A stretch of 64,000 nucleotides of DNA from Candidatus Altimarinota bacterium (GTDB taxonomy: Bacteria; Patescibacteriota; Gracilibacteria; UBA1369): assembly GCA_963677745.1 (NCBI GenBank), contig OY782391.1:1216001-1280000 (forward strand), written 5' to 3'. Each line of letters begins with the position of its first letter. Position 1 is the stretch's first letter. A program made the translations under genes and the position numbers. Below the pieces are notes generated by a model, which saw only the letters and a program-made list of their open reading frames with translations, ran no database searches and was not told the DNA's origin. This document shows, one piece after another, positions 29,342 through 39,648 of the stretch.

Positions 29342-29884
29342 CTATTTTCCGAGAGTATCGATCACCATTTTCTTGTACTGGACCGGGAGTTCCAGCAGTT
29401 TATTCTCCGTGTTATTCTCCTCTACTGTTTCACCTTGTTGCATCGAAACCGTTATTTCCTGAATACAGCGGTTCAACTCTTCCAAACAAACGGCAGGTGG
29501 CTTTTTTGCCCCGCTGTCATTGCTGGCTGATTTCAGACCAATCATAGAGCTGACTCGGGAGCTGTAATTCAAAAAAACCAGCATCATCAGAATATTGGCT
29601 TGTTTGATTCGTAAATCCAGCCTGGAGTCGGCGGGAGGAAAATCAAAATAACGGGCCATTTTAATGAAAAAGCGCTCTGCAAAATGCCAATAATCAAGCT
29701 TTGTCCCGTCATCATCCACTACCTTCCGGCACATCTTTAACAATTTCAACCAATCTTCTTCAGAATACACTCCCCCGACCATCTCCAAAACAGCCAGCAC
29801 TTCCTTTTTTAGAGGATTTTCGGTTTCCTGCTCCGATACCAGTCTCAGATTGCCAAGTTTGGCCATAAACCTTGTTAAGGCCAT
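29342..29884 (-). CDS. hypothetical protein
   Basis: 180-aa ORF. Confidence 0.65.
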   Translation of the reverse strand: MALTRFMAKLGNLRLVSEQETENPLKKEVLAVLEMVGGVYSEEDWLKLLKMCRKVVDDDGTKLDYWHFAERFFIKMARYFDFPPADSRLDLRIKQANILMMLVFLNYSSRVSSMIGLKSASNDSGAKKPPAVCLEELNRCIQEITVSMQQGETVEENNTENKLLELPVQYKKMVIDTLGK

Positions 29885-29957
29885 AATAATAAACTAAAAT
29901 AGCCAAAAGTCAAAAACTGGCGTGAAACACTAAAAACCATCAGTTAAATCAACTTAT

Positions 29958-30830
29958 TTAGATTTGGCGCGTATTTATGGCCGCTTTCAGCAGATTTAAC
30001 ATCAGGCAGGCCACTGTGAGCTTCCCCACGCCCCCTGGAACGGGCGAAATCAATCTGGCCCTGTCCTTTACCTGCTCGAAGTCCACATCCCCGCTGGTCT
30101 TATCCAGACCGTCTTTGGAAATGCCTACGTCTACCACTACCGCGCCTTCCTTGATCATATCCGCAGTAATCATCCTGGGCGAACCCACGGCTACCACCAA
30201 TATGTCGGCCTGTCTGCTGATTTCAGCCAGATCAGGAGTTTTGCTGTTGCAAATGGTGACAGTGGCCTTACGGTTGGAAAGCATGATGGCAATCGCTTTT
30301 CCGGCAATAATTCCGGAACCGATTACAACGACTCTTTGGCCCGTAATCGGCACGTTATAGTATTCCAGCATGGTAATAACCCCTCTGCCGGTGGGCGGGG
30401 CGTAATATTCAAAATCCATGCCCAAGGTTGTTTCTCCGTAGTTGAAGGGATTAAGTCCGTCCACGTCCTTGGCGGGGTCGATCGCCTTTATGACAGCCGA
30501 CTTTTCAATCTGCGGTGGCAGTGGCATCTGGACGATAATACCGTCCACGTTCTGATTAGTATTATGTTTTCTGACAATTTCAATCACATCCTTCGTGCTG
30601 TATTTTTCTCCTTCCTGATGATGATCCAGTTCAAAATCAAAGCCCAGGTTCTCACAGGCTTTCATCTTCATTCTCACGTAAATGGCACTGGACTCATTAT
30701 TACCTATCATCACCACGACCAGTTTGGGCTTTCTTTTGAGCTGGCCGGATTGCCGGGCTTCGCTGAAATCAGCCCGGATGCGGGCATAGATATGTTCGGC
30801 CACGACTTTTCCGTCCATCAGTTGTTCCAT
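29958..30830 (-). CDS. folD: bifunctional methylenetetrahydrofolate dehydrogenase/cyclohydrolase
   Basis: YVRMK, DGIIVQMPLP, KDVDGL, VVVDVG, PVPGGVG. Confidence 0.98.
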   Translation of the reverse strand: MEQLMDGKVVAEHIYARIRADFSEARQSGQLKRKPKLVVVMIGNNESSAIYVRMKMKACENLGFDFELDHHQEGEKYSTKDVIEIVRKHNTNQNVDGIIVQMPLPPQIEKSAVIKAIDPAKDVDGLNPFNYGETTLGMDFEYYAPPTGRGVITMLEYYNVPITGQRVVVIGSGIIAGKAIAIMLSNRKATVTICNSKTPDLAEISRQADILVVAVGSPRMITADMIKEGAVVVDVGISKDGLDKTSGDVDFEQVKDRARLISPVPGGVGKLTVACLMLNLLKAAINTRQI

Positions 30831-31429
30831 CAGCTTTTTTTCAGAAAATTATGTACGGTATTCCAGATATCATCGGCGGTTTCACCGATGGAAGGCTTGA
30901 TATTGACCCTGGTCCAATTGAATTTGACCGCCAGGTTGTCATATATAAACTGACAGGCTTCCACCAGCTCGTCGTTGCTTTCATGCAGATGGTTGTATTC
31001 CTTGGCCTGCAGATTCCTTTTGCCTTTCAGATAAACGGCCAGATCCTCTTTGAGCAGATATTTGTTCATTTCCATCAGCCATTCCAGGCTGGCTCCTTTG
31101 GCGCTGCCCCAGGCCAAACCTGTGGCTACATAGTCCTCGGCGATCACCACTTTTCCTTCGGCCAGCATCTGTTTCAGTTCCGGTTCGAATTGATAGCGGT
31201 TGATGGTGTACCACATTTGCAATTCGTCCTCGGTGATATTCTGTTTATTGGAGGAGTTGCGCAGAACATTGTTGATGTAAGTGCCGGACGGTTCGATGCT
31301 GTAGACCGGATACTTCAGATAGACAGCATCATAACCATGCTTTTTGAGATTATCGATCAAAATTTTGCATTGGGTGGACTTGCCGATATTGTTGATACCG
31401 TAGACTGTTATAAGTTTTCCTCTCTTCAT
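30830..31429 (-). CDS. tmk: thymidylate kinase (divergent motifs)
   Basis: RGKLITVYGINNIGKSTQ P-loop, KYP, NRYQ, GKVVIAEDY; located between dut and folD. Confidence 0.85.
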   Translation of the reverse strand: MKRGKLITVYGINNIGKSTQCKILIDNLKKHGYDAVYLKYPVYSIEPSGTYINNVLRNSSNKQNITEDELQMWYTINRYQFEPELKQMLAEGKVVIAEDYVATGLAWGSAKGASLEWLMEMNKYLLKEDLAVYLKGKRNLQAKEYNHLHESNDELVEACQFIYDNLAVKFNWTRVNIKPSIGETADDIWNTVHNFLKKS

Positions 31430-31444
31430 GTGAATTGTTTTAAA

Positions 31445-31876
31445 TTATCCGGTGGATCCGAAACCTCCCCGGGTCGGGGCGTCAATATTGTCCACTTCTT
31501 CGAAGCCAAAGCGGTCAATACGTACAAACACCCCCTGTGCGATTCTTTCACCGCGGGGGATTATAATTGATTTATCCGTAAAATTGTAGACCTGTACTTT
31601 CAATTCGTCCTCCGGTCCGTGATAATCGTGATCAATAATGCCGAATCCGTGCGGAGTGGAAAGTCCTTTTTTGATGGGCGTACTGCTTCTGGAGGCCAGG
31701 CAGAGCATGTGGCCTTCGGGCACTTTTACAATCAGATTGCTGGGTACCAAAACCACTTTTCCCGGTTCCACAGTTGTCTCCAGTCTGGAAAGCAGATCAA
31801 AAGCCACCGCTCCCGCCGTTTCGTATTTAGGCAGAGGCAAGTCCTTGTCTATCCTTCTGATCAGAACATTTTCCAT
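31445..31876 (-). CDS. dut: dUTP diphosphatase
   Basis: AVAFDL, SRSS, GIIDHDYHG, RIAQ, RGGFGSTG. Confidence 0.97.
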   Translation of the reverse strand: MENVLIRRIDKDLPLPKYETAGAVAFDLLSRLETTVEPGKVVLVPSNLIVKVPEGHMLCLASRSSTPIKKGLSTPHGFGIIDHDYHGPEDELKVQVYNFTDKSIIIPRGERIAQGVFVRIDRFGFEEVDNIDAPTRGGFGSTG

Positions 31877-32000
31877 TTTGTTTCTTTAGAATATCTGCAC
31901 CAATTTAGTACCGGCAGGATTAATTTCCAAGTTTCCGGGCTTATTTTGATTTGCCATTTGAACCGAAGCTTGGTTACCATATAAAAAAGTAATCTATCCA

Positions 32001-32948
32001 ATGTCCCAATCAAAACCAGCCATAGATTTTGCCGTCGGCGGTCAGGCCCTGATGGAGGGGGTAATGATGCGTTCACCCAGCCACAATGTCATTTGCGTGC
32101 GCACCCCGGAAGGCAAAATCATTCACCAGGTCGAGTACTATCAAAATCTTATTAAAAGAATAAAAATTTTGAACATCCCTTTGGTCAGGGGAGTGATCAA
32201 CATGTTTGAAATGCTCCTCATCGGTACCAAAGCCCTCAATTTTTCCTCTCAGGTTGCTCTGGGGGAGGATCCGTTGGTAAAAGACAAAAAAGAAGGGAAA
32301 TGGACTCAGATTACCGTGATTTTTTCGATTATTTTCGGACTGGCTTTGGCGATTCTGCTGTTCAAATTTATCCCGCTGCTTCTCGCAACCTTTATCAGCA
32401 GCTTTATCCCGGCTCTCAACGATAATTATCTGCTTTTCAATCTGGTTGATGCAGTCCTGAAAACCGCTATTTTTGTCGGATATATTGCCCTGATGTCGCT
32501 GGTCCCGGATTTGAAAAGGGTCTTTCGCTATCACGGCGCCGAGCATAAATCCATTATGACCTACGAACACGGCAAGGAATTGACCGTCGATAATGCCCGT
32601 AGCCAGACCCGCTTTCATCCCCGCTGCGGTACCAGTTTTATTTTGCTGGTTTTTCTGATCAGTATTGCGATTTTCACCTTATTGCCCCGGCAGACCGACT
32701 TACTGACCAATTTTTCCCTGAGATTTCTGGCGCTGCCCCTGATCGCCGGCCTTTCTTACGAAATCCTCAAGCTTTCCGCTAAAAAGTCCGGGCACTGGTT
32801 TTTCCGCCTGGTGGCAGCGCCGGGCCTGCTGATGCAGCGTCTGACCACCGCCGAACCCGATGACAGTATGCTGGAGGTGGCACTCAAATCATTAAAACTG
32901 GCCCTGGAAGCCGAACAAAATTTTCAAAATAACAAAAATGTCCCTTAA
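32001..32948 (+). CDS. DUF1385 family membrane protein
   Basis: VGGQALMEGVMMR, YHGAEHK, FHPRCGTSF, LTTAEPDD. Confidence 0.95.
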   Translation: MSQSKPAIDFAVGGQALMEGVMMRSPSHNVICVRTPEGKIIHQVEYYQNLIKRIKILNIPLVRGVINMFEMLLIGTKALNFSSQVALGEDPLVKDKKEGKWTQITVIFSIIFGLALAILLFKFIPLLLATFISSFIPALNDNYLLFNLVDAVLKTAIFVGYIALMSLVPDLKRVFRYHGAEHKSIMTYEHGKELTVDNARSQTRFHPRCGTSFILLVFLISIAIFTLLPRQTDLLTNFSLRFLALPLIAGLSYEILKLSAKKSGHWFFRLVAAPGLLMQRLTTAEPDDSMLEVALKSLKLALEAEQNFQNNKNVP

Positions 32949-33231
32949 ATTACCCAAAATAACCCGTCAAAGGTTGATCATCCTGATTGCCGCCCTCGCC
33001 GGTCTGCTGGTAGTCGGTTACTATATCTGGTCCGGTCAGGCCGGTCTGCAGAAAAGCAGCCGGGACCTGCAGAACTCGGATAAAAATATTGAACAGATCA
33101 CTGTGAAAGAACAGCAGGAAGGCCAAAAAGATGTTGAGGTAAAATGCAAGGACGGCAGCAGCTACGACATCTATTATCCGCCCGGCGAAACCAATTACGA
33201 CTCGCTGGCCGCCGGCAAATGTCAGGAATAA
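32938..33231 (+). CDS. small single-TM protein
   Basis: TM LIILIAALAGLLVVGYYIW; two C-terminal Cys. Confidence 0.7.
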   Translation: MSLKLPKITRQRLIILIAALAGLLVVGYYIWSGQAGLQKSSRDLQNSDKNIEQITVKEQQEGQKDVEVKCKDGSSYDIYYPPGETNYDSLAAGKCQE

Positions 33232-33323
33232 CAGACCTTTGCGGAACAATGTCTGAGCATAGGAAAAATAATAACAATATGTTATAATCACCAGATTGTG
33301 TTATTATTTTTACTATATAAAAC

Positions 33324-36300
33324 GTGAGAAAAAAAACTGATAGAATATTGTCGCGCTATATTAACCGCAGACACGGCCCCAAATTTATACTGGTAGCCAT
33401 GTGTCTTCTTGTTACAGTTTTCTTCCAGATGAGCCAGATAGCTCTGGCCTCTGGAGTAAACAAATGGGCCAGCCTTTTGCAGGTCAGCAACTCCTACTCA
33501 TCCCACAATAATGTCATAGTTCCCACTTCCGACGGCAAATACATTATCGTCTGGGCTCAGGAAGTTAGCTGGGATGATGATCTGTATGCCATGAAAATCG
33601 AAAACCTGGGATCATCCGGACAAAACGTCTGGGGAGCACCTGTACAGCTTACCAACCTCTCCGGCAGTGAACCGGATCAGGAGGGGGGCCTCTCTGTGGT
33701 AGCGGATGGCAGTGGTGGGGCGTATATCGCTTACCGCCGCAACGGACCAGATGTTTATGTCCAGCACATCGACAGCAGTGGAGCGATCTGGCAAATGAAC
33801 GGAGAAAAAATGTATTACGATTCCACGGTGGAAAACTGGGAGACCCAGCCCAGTTTATTGTATGACTCTACATCGGGCGGCGTCTACGTAGCCTGGCATG
33901 ATGCTCAGTCCTTCGGCAGTTTCAATAATTATGTTTACCTGAGCCGACTTGGCAGTAGCGGCAGCGTTCATGCCAACTGGAATACCGGAGACGGCGACCC
34001 CAATCACACCTATCGTCCCGTCAGAGTAGGGACTTCGGATAACGCTGAACGTCCATTTCTGATCGATAATGCCGCTGACCTGCCTTTAGTCACTACCATG
34101 AATCTCGATGCCACCAGGTCTGTCACGGCATTCAGGTATAGCGCGACCGGAGCCCCGAGCTGGGGGCCTACCACCATCACGGATGCCAATAATATGTATA
34201 ACAATTCCGACACTTACATTGCTGTTCCCGACGACAATGATGGTATCTATCTGGCTTACGAATCTTTGACCGACGAGGTTCACGCTGTCCAAATCAGCAA
34301 TTCCGGAGCTGTCGGCTGGAATTCCACGGTGTTTACGCCGGGAGCGGAGGAACAGCTGGATTCAGCTTCTTACATTCATGGTATCAATGATGGCGACGGG
34401 AACTTCATGGTAGTTTGGGGAGTACAATCCACTTCAGATTTTTCCTACGACCTCTTTACCCAAAAAGTGAATTCCAGCGGTTCGGCTTTGTGGAATGAAG
34501 GCACTCCCTACCAGGTCTTCGACGACCCTTCAAAAGGCAATAGAATGCTAAAAGATAACAACTATTCGATTGTGAGTGACGGTCAGCAGGGACTGATCGT
34601 TGCTGCCTACAAGTTTTCACAGAACAAAGTCAATCTTCAACATCTACTCAGTGACAGCACCAGGGATTATGGGGACTGGAATTATGTAATGCCCTATTCG
34701 AGTTACTATCACTCTATTGCTCCGGATGGGCAGGGGGGCGCAATCATTTCCTACAATATCAGCAGAATATATGCGCAGCGTTATAATAATCCCGCGCCCG
34801 CCGCACCTTTCAGTCTTACCGCCGATTATCAGGCGGGAGGCGGAGTTCATCTGGAATGGGCAGGTTCCTATAGCCCTCCAGCCACCTTCAGAATTTATCG
34901 TTCAACCAGCCAGGGAGGCCCCTATGCATTCCTGGACGACAGCGCAACAGACACCTATGACGACCTCACTGCGGAAGGCGGCATTCCCTATTATTATGTG
35001 GTCAGGGCTTACAGAGGAGGGGAAGAAAGCACCAATTCCAACGAAGCATCAATTATTCTGACGGCTCCCGCATCTCCGCAGAATGTTGGAGGTGAGTCGG
35101 GCAATCAGACCACTCATATCTATTGGGACGCCTCAACCGGTGCGGACAACTATGACGTCTATCGTTGTGAGACGGCAGTATGTGACTATCCCCTGGATCT
35201 CGTGAGGATTGCTGAGGGGGTGGCTGATTTATTCTATAACGATTCTGCACTATCCAACGGGACTGAATATACTTACTCGGTCAAGGCAGCCAATTTGTAC
35301 GGGGATAGTGAATATAGTGCATCGGTTGATCTGATGCCTACTGCAGGAGGGCCCTCTCCATCAATTTCTTATACAATTGAGAACTTCACCTGGATTGGTG
35401 CCACCAATGTAAATATCGAAATATTTGGGCAGAATCTTGATAATGCAATCAGCGTTAATGTCGGAGGTGAAAATTGTAGTATTTCTGTAAACCAGACAGA
35501 TTATATCACCTGCCAGTTAGCCAATGTCCCTGCAATAGCCGGAAACAGCAGTCTCAACCTTTTTACACCCAATGGCCCGGTATCTGTATCATTTTATATC
35601 TACGGCCCTCCCAGCGTTTCAGACATGACTCCGGTTTCAGGTTTCTCTACCGGCGGAACTCCGGTAACAATTTATGGAAGTGGTTTTGGCTGGAACACAG
35701 TGGTGGAATTTAATGGTAATCCTGCCAATGTCGTGGATATATTTACCGATGCCATCGAAGTAGAAACACCGGCAGGCACAGCCGGTCAGACAGTTCCGGT
35801 GATTGTAACCAACCCAGGAAATCAGACCGCCTCTGCAGGTAATTTTACCTATGTTGCTGCTCCGGTTCCACCGGGAGAATGGTGGAAGCACGGAATAACA
35901 GGAGACGGATTGATTATCTCGGATTATCCGGACGGAGACGTTCCCTATCAGTTCGACCCGCAGGCAATCAGGACCTCGGACGGTCATTATCTGTCGGTCT
36001 GGGTAGATGATCGGGAAGATTCAACCAGTCATTTGTATGCCAAAAAGATCAATGAGACCGATGGAAGTTCCTTTGCGGGATGGCCGGACAACGGCCTGGC
36101 TGTAACCAGCTTTAATCTGCCGGTGCCCAGCGAAAATACCGAAAACTTCAGCCTGTATTCAGACAATGCCGGAGGCGCCTATGTAATTTTTGACTATGTG
36201 GACGGCAGCGGACAAGAACTGGTCTATGCTCAAAGATTGTCTTCGGCAGGAAGCCGTTTATGGACCGACACAGGTGTGGCAATCGAAACCCCTCTATCAG

Positions 36301-37889
36301 GTCACGACCGGAGTATTTATGGAGCAGCCGGCAGCAACGCTGCCGACGGTCTATATGTCAGCTGGAGCAGACTGGACAGCGGTTTTAACTTTGAAGATTT
36401 TTACCTGACCAGACTCAATGCCAACGATGGTTCTACAGCTTTCTCTCCGCTGATTATAGACAGCGGCAATACTACGGATGAGGGCAATACGCAGCTCGGT
36501 GTCGACAGCAACAACAACGCCATGTTCTTGTATACCAAGACCGGCAATCTTGCTCTTGCCAGTTCAAGAATTTCACCATCCGGAACAGTCACACCAGGTC
36601 CTGTCATTCAATCCGGCCAGGAAGATTATGATTTTACGGCATATTTCTATGCGATAATGGCCAGTGATGGGCAGGATGGCTACTTTATCACATATTTGGG
36701 CATCAACAGCTCGGATGAAACTGAACTGAGGGCCAGAAGAATTTTGTCCGGTCTCACCCTGGACAGCAATTGGCAAGTCAATAACGCAGGTGATTTAACC
36801 GGTATTCAACTGGCCAATAATATACAGGGAATTGAGAATATGAATATAGTCGGGGACGGAAGCCAGGGTGCTTACTTCGTCTGGGATCAGTTTGTTGGGG
36901 CGGGTAAGGAAGGTGCTTATGATATATATGGCCAATATGTTGGATCCGATGGACAAAAGAACTGGGGTGGTGGTGACGGAGTAGGTCTTAGTGATACTGG
37001 AGATGATGTCGATCAGTTTTTGACTTACGAGGGAAATGTAGCCATATCTGATAATAACGGAGGATTTATTTACACCTACTTCGACGAAAACTGGGAATCA
37101 CAAATCGGGCCAAGTGTTTTTGCACAAAGGGTTGCCAATGATATTGACAACTATGAAAACCTATGGCCGATCGCCTCACCTGATACTGTCGGCTATGATC
37201 TCGGCGGCCTCACTTCTGGACGGGATCGGAAACCGGTGCTGGTCAGTGACGGAGCGGTTGGCGCAGCTGTTTTCTGGATTGGATATGATGAAAACACCGA
37301 ATACTACGATCTCTATGGTCAATACCTGACAGGCCAGGAGGAAGCCGGTGGCGGAGGAGAGTGTCTCGCCGGGCCCGGACAAACCTGCGGAGAGATTACT
37401 ATCGGATGTAACCTCGGTGGAACAATTTCCATCAGCAATATTACGCCGGAGGCCACTTTTGAACCCCGCTCTACCAACTTTTATCAGGATCCCACCAACG
37501 CACCCCTGGATAGTAACATCCAGGTGGACATAACTGACACACGCGGTTATGGAAGTTGTGGCGATGCTTCAACATTATCAATACAGAGCACAGGCTTGGT
37601 CCTGGGATCCTCAACACTGGGACTGAGTCTTGGAACTGCTTTGACGCAGGGAAACATCACTTGTCCTGGCGACAATTGTGTACCAGATTCCGCCCATCTT
37701 TCAGATGTAGCTACAACCCCCGGAACAACCGGCAGCATCGCCACTGGTGCTGACGTGTTAAACCTTTCAGAGGGCTTTGACGGTACAATCAGACTGCAAT
37801 TCAGCAGCAACAACCTGGAAGTGGTAAAGCCATCCAGCCCGATCAGCAAAGGTGATTATGTCGGAGATATAATCTTTACATTGATCTAA
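33324..37889 (+). CDS. large secreted surface protein 1: propeller-like repeats, 2 FN3, 2 IPT/TIG, second propeller, WxL-like C-terminal cassette
   Basis: Signal ...SQIALA; repeated (S/A)DGxGGAxxxW and IYAQ; FN3 FRIYRS...YYYVVRA; IPT GGTPVTIYGSGF; ends GDYVGDIIFTLI. Confidence 0.85.
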   Translation: MRKKTDRILSRYINRRHGPKFILVAMCLLVTVFFQMSQIALASGVNKWASLLQVSNSYSSHNNVIVPTSDGKYIIVWAQEVSWDDDLYAMKIENLGSSGQNVWGAPVQLTNLSGSEPDQEGGLSVVADGSGGAYIAYRRNGPDVYVQHIDSSGAIWQMNGEKMYYDSTVENWETQPSLLYDSTSGGVYVAWHDAQSFGSFNNYVYLSRLGSSGSVHANWNTGDGDPNHTYRPVRVGTSDNAERPFLIDNAADLPLVTTMNLDATRSVTAFRYSATGAPSWGPTTITDANNMYNNSDTYIAVPDDNDGIYLAYESLTDEVHAVQISNSGAVGWNSTVFTPGAEEQLDSASYIHGINDGDGNFMVVWGVQSTSDFSYDLFTQKVNSSGSALWNEGTPYQVFDDPSKGNRMLKDNNYSIVSDGQQGLIVAAYKFSQNKVNLQHLLSDSTRDYGDWNYVMPYSSYYHSIAPDGQGGAIISYNISRIYAQRYNNPAPAAPFSLTADYQAGGGVHLEWAGSYSPPATFRIYRSTSQGGPYAFLDDSATDTYDDLTAEGGIPYYYVVRAYRGGEESTNSNEASIILTAPASPQNVGGESGNQTTHIYWDASTGADNYDVYRCETAVCDYPLDLVRIAEGVADLFYNDSALSNGTEYTYSVKAANLYGDSEYSASVDLMPTAGGPSPSISYTIENFTWIGATNVNIEIFGQNLDNAISVNVGGENCSISVNQTDYITCQLANVPAIAGNSSLNLFTPNGPVSVSFYIYGPPSVSDMTPVSGFSTGGTPVTIYGSGFGWNTVVEFNGNPANVVDIFTDAIEVETPAGTAGQTVPVIVTNPGNQTASAGNFTYVAAPVPPGEWWKHGITGDGLIISDYPDGDVPYQFDPQAIRTSDGHYLSVWVDDREDSTSHLYAKKINETDGSSFAGWPDNGLAVTSFNLPVPSENTENFSLYSDNAGGAYVIFDYVDGSGQELVYAQRLSSAGSRLWTDTGVAIETPLSGHDRSIYGAAGSNAADGLYVSWSRLDSGFNFEDFYLTRLNANDGSTAFSPLIIDSGNTTDEGNTQLGVDSNNNAMFLYTKTGNLALASSRISPSGTVTPGPVIQSGQEDYDFTAYFYAIMASDGQDGYFITYLGINSSDETELRARRILSGLTLDSNWQVNNAGDLTGIQLANNIQGIENMNIVGDGSQGAYFVWDQFVGAGKEGAYDIYGQYVGSDGQKNWGGGDGVGLSDTGDDVDQFLTYEGNVAISDNNGGFIYTYFDENWESQIGPSVFAQRVANDIDNYENLWPIASPDTVGYDLGGLTSGRDRKPVLVSDGAVGAAVFWIGYDENTEYYDLYGQYLTGQEEAGGGGECLAGPGQTCGEITIGCNLGGTISISNITPEATFEPRSTNFYQDPTNAPLDSNIQVDITDTRGYGSCGDASTLSIQSTGLVLGSSTLGLSLGTALTQGNITCPGDNCVPDSAHLSDVATTPGTTGSIATGADVLNLSEGFDGTIRLQFSSNNLEVVKPSSPISKGDYVGDIIFTLI
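37350..37889 (+). repeat. C-terminal cassette repeat, copy 1 (~540 bp)
   Basis: Near-identical to 44325-44864, 51161-51700 and 53390-53929. Confidence 0.95.
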
Positions 37890-37902
37890 GTAATAAACAA
37901 TC

Positions 37903-37937
37903 AAAAAATACCGACGGAATTTCCGTCGGTATTTTTT
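37903..37937. terminator. bidirectional intrinsic terminator
   Basis: AAAAAATACCGACGGAA-T-TTCCGTCGGTATTTTTT between convergent genes. Confidence 0.9.
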
Positions 37938-37959
37938 TTTCCTATCTAAAACGATAAGT

Positions 37960-38661
37960 CTATAACTCGCTCAAAGCAGCTTGAGTATCGAGCTTAATGC
38001 CCGGTCCCATGGTGGTTGCCACGGACAGACTCTGAATATAAGTTCCTTTAGCCGTTGCGGGCTTAGTATCTACAATGGCCTTGATCAGTTTTTTCAGATT
38101 GTCTTTCAGATCGGCCTCCGAAAAGGAAACCTTCCCGAAGATATTGTGCATCTGACCCTGTTTATCTGTTCTGAATTCAACTCTTCCCAATTTCAGTTCT
38201 TTGATAGTCTTTCCAATATCCGGGGTTACGGTTCCGGCCTTGGGATTTGGCATCAAACCTTTGGTACCCAAAGTCTTGGCGATTTTACCAAGATTTTTCA
38301 TAACTTCCGGACTGGCTACCGCGACATCAAAATCCAGCCATCCTTTGACAATTTCCTCAATCAGTTCATCCAGACCGGCTTTGATGGCACCTGCTTCTTT
38401 GGCCTCCTTGACCTGTCCTTCACCGACAAACGCAATCACTCTCACATCTTTACCTGTACCGTGTGGTAATGACACTGTCGATCTGACCAGCTGGTCAGCC
38501 TGGCTCACATCCACTCCCAGTTTCACGTGCAGCTCGCAGCTGGAATCAAACTTGGTGGTGGAGGTCTTTTTCAGAAGCTCGCAGGCTTCGTCCAAACTAT
38601 AAACTTTGTTGCGGTCAATGTTTTCCACAACTTTGCGATAATTTTTCCCTTTCTTTGCCAT
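37960..38661 (-). CDS. rplA: 50S ribosomal protein L1
   Basis: KFDSS.ELH.KLGVD, LPHGTGK, GLMPNPKAGTVT, TTMGPG. Confidence 0.99.
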   Translation of the reverse strand: MAKKGKNYRKVVENIDRNKVYSLDEACELLKKTSTTKFDSSCELHVKLGVDVSQADQLVRSTVSLPHGTGKDVRVIAFVGEGQVKEAKEAGAIKAGLDELIEEIVKGWLDFDVAVASPEVMKNLGKIAKTLGTKGLMPNPKAGTVTPDIGKTIKELKLGRVEFRTDKQGQMHNIFGKVSFSEADLKDNLKKLIKAIVDTKPATAKGTYIQSLSVATTMGPGIKLDTQAALSEL

Positions 38662-38676
38662 AAATGTATATCTTGC

Positions 38677-38711
38677 GTGGTTTTAACGCCGGACCGACAT
38701 CCGGCTCCCAC
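38677..38711 (-). promoter_or_regulatory. putative L1-binding autoregulatory site upstream of rplA
   Basis: GTGGGAGCCGG-loop-CCGGCGTTAAAACCAC matches the GGGAG.../CGUUA..ACC internal-loop pattern of L1 operator RNAs. Confidence 0.75.
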
Positions 38712-38727
38712 AAAAATAAATAATAAA

Positions 38728-39150
38728 CTAACTCTTTGCTCTGGATTTTTTCCAGTCCAGTTGAATCAGCCAGAAATGCAGCAGCCAGACCGGAAAACCA
38801 ACCAGGGTCAGCGCTACGGATTCCGAAATCTGTCTGTTAAATTCGTTCTGTTGTTGAATTTCCTGTTGTTTCACCATGGCCAGTTCGCACTTTTGAGCTT
38901 CCTCGGTTGATACCATGATTTGCTGCTTGCCGTCGGGAGACCATCTGTATTCACAGTTGGATTTCTCGTAAGGCATGGTGTAGCTGAAATAATTGTTTAC
39001 CGGAAACCAAACATTCAGCACCAGTTTAACAGCTCCCGAAGCTCCCATGATAAAGCAGATCAAACCGATAATGGCGGCCAGACTTAGATAAATAGTCCTT
39101 ATATACTGGAGTGCAGTTGGCTTGTTGTGCGGACCGATAGTTTTTTCCAT
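38728..39150 (-). CDS. two-TM membrane protein (DUF5671-like)
   Basis: IRTIYLSLAAIIGL...; ALTLVGFPVWLLHFW. Confidence 0.75.
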   Translation of the reverse strand: MEKTIGPHNKPTALQYIRTIYLSLAAIIGLICFIMGASGAVKLVLNVWFPVNNYFSYTMPYEKSNCEYRWSPDGKQQIMVSTEEAQKCELAMVKQQEIQQQNEFNRQISESVALTLVGFPVWLLHFWLIQLDWKKSRAKS

Positions 39151-39161
39151 TGTTTTGATGA

Positions 39162-39590
39162 TTATTTTTCAACAACATCTACTCCCATGCTGCGGGCGGT
39201 GCCGGCAATAATTTTCATGGCGGCCTCCACGTCATTGGCGTTGAGGTCGGGCATCTTTTTCTCGGCAATTTCGCGCAGTTGAGCATTGGTGATTACTCCC
39301 ACCTTGTCTTTGTTGGGAACACCTGAACCTTTGGGGATTTTAATTGCTTTCATGATCAGAACGGCGGCCGGAGGAGTTTTCAGGATAAAAGTAAAAGACT
39401 TGTCTTCGTAAACCGTGATTTCCACAGGGATGATCGTGTCTCCCATTGGGGCGGTGGCCGCGTTAAACTGGCTGCAGAAACCTGGAATATTCACACCGTG
39501 CTGGCCGAGTGCCGGACCGATCGGAGGTGCTGGATTGGCCTTGCCGGCCGGTATCTGTAATTTGATTACAGTATGTATCTTTTTTGCCAT
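39162..39590 (-). CDS. rplK: 50S ribosomal protein L11
   Basis: MAKK...[26 protein letters not shown]...GTARSMG; start refined to 39590. Confidence 0.99.
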   Translation of the reverse strand: MAKKIHTVIKLQIPAGKANPAPPIGPALGQHGVNIPGFCSQFNAATAPMGDTIIPVEITVYEDKSFTFILKTPPAAVLIMKAIKIPKGSGVPNKDKVGVITNAQLREIAEKKMPDLNANDVEAAMKIIAGTARSMGVDVVEK

Positions 39591-39648
39591 AGTAAATTGA
39601 TTGATTGTAAACGACTGACACGAGTGTAGAAGCGGCACCCGCCAAGTC

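Noticed and set aside
30336-31570. Long plus-strand ORFs 30336..30953 and 30851..31570
   Set aside because: Antisense to folD, tmk and dut, with no recognisable motifs.
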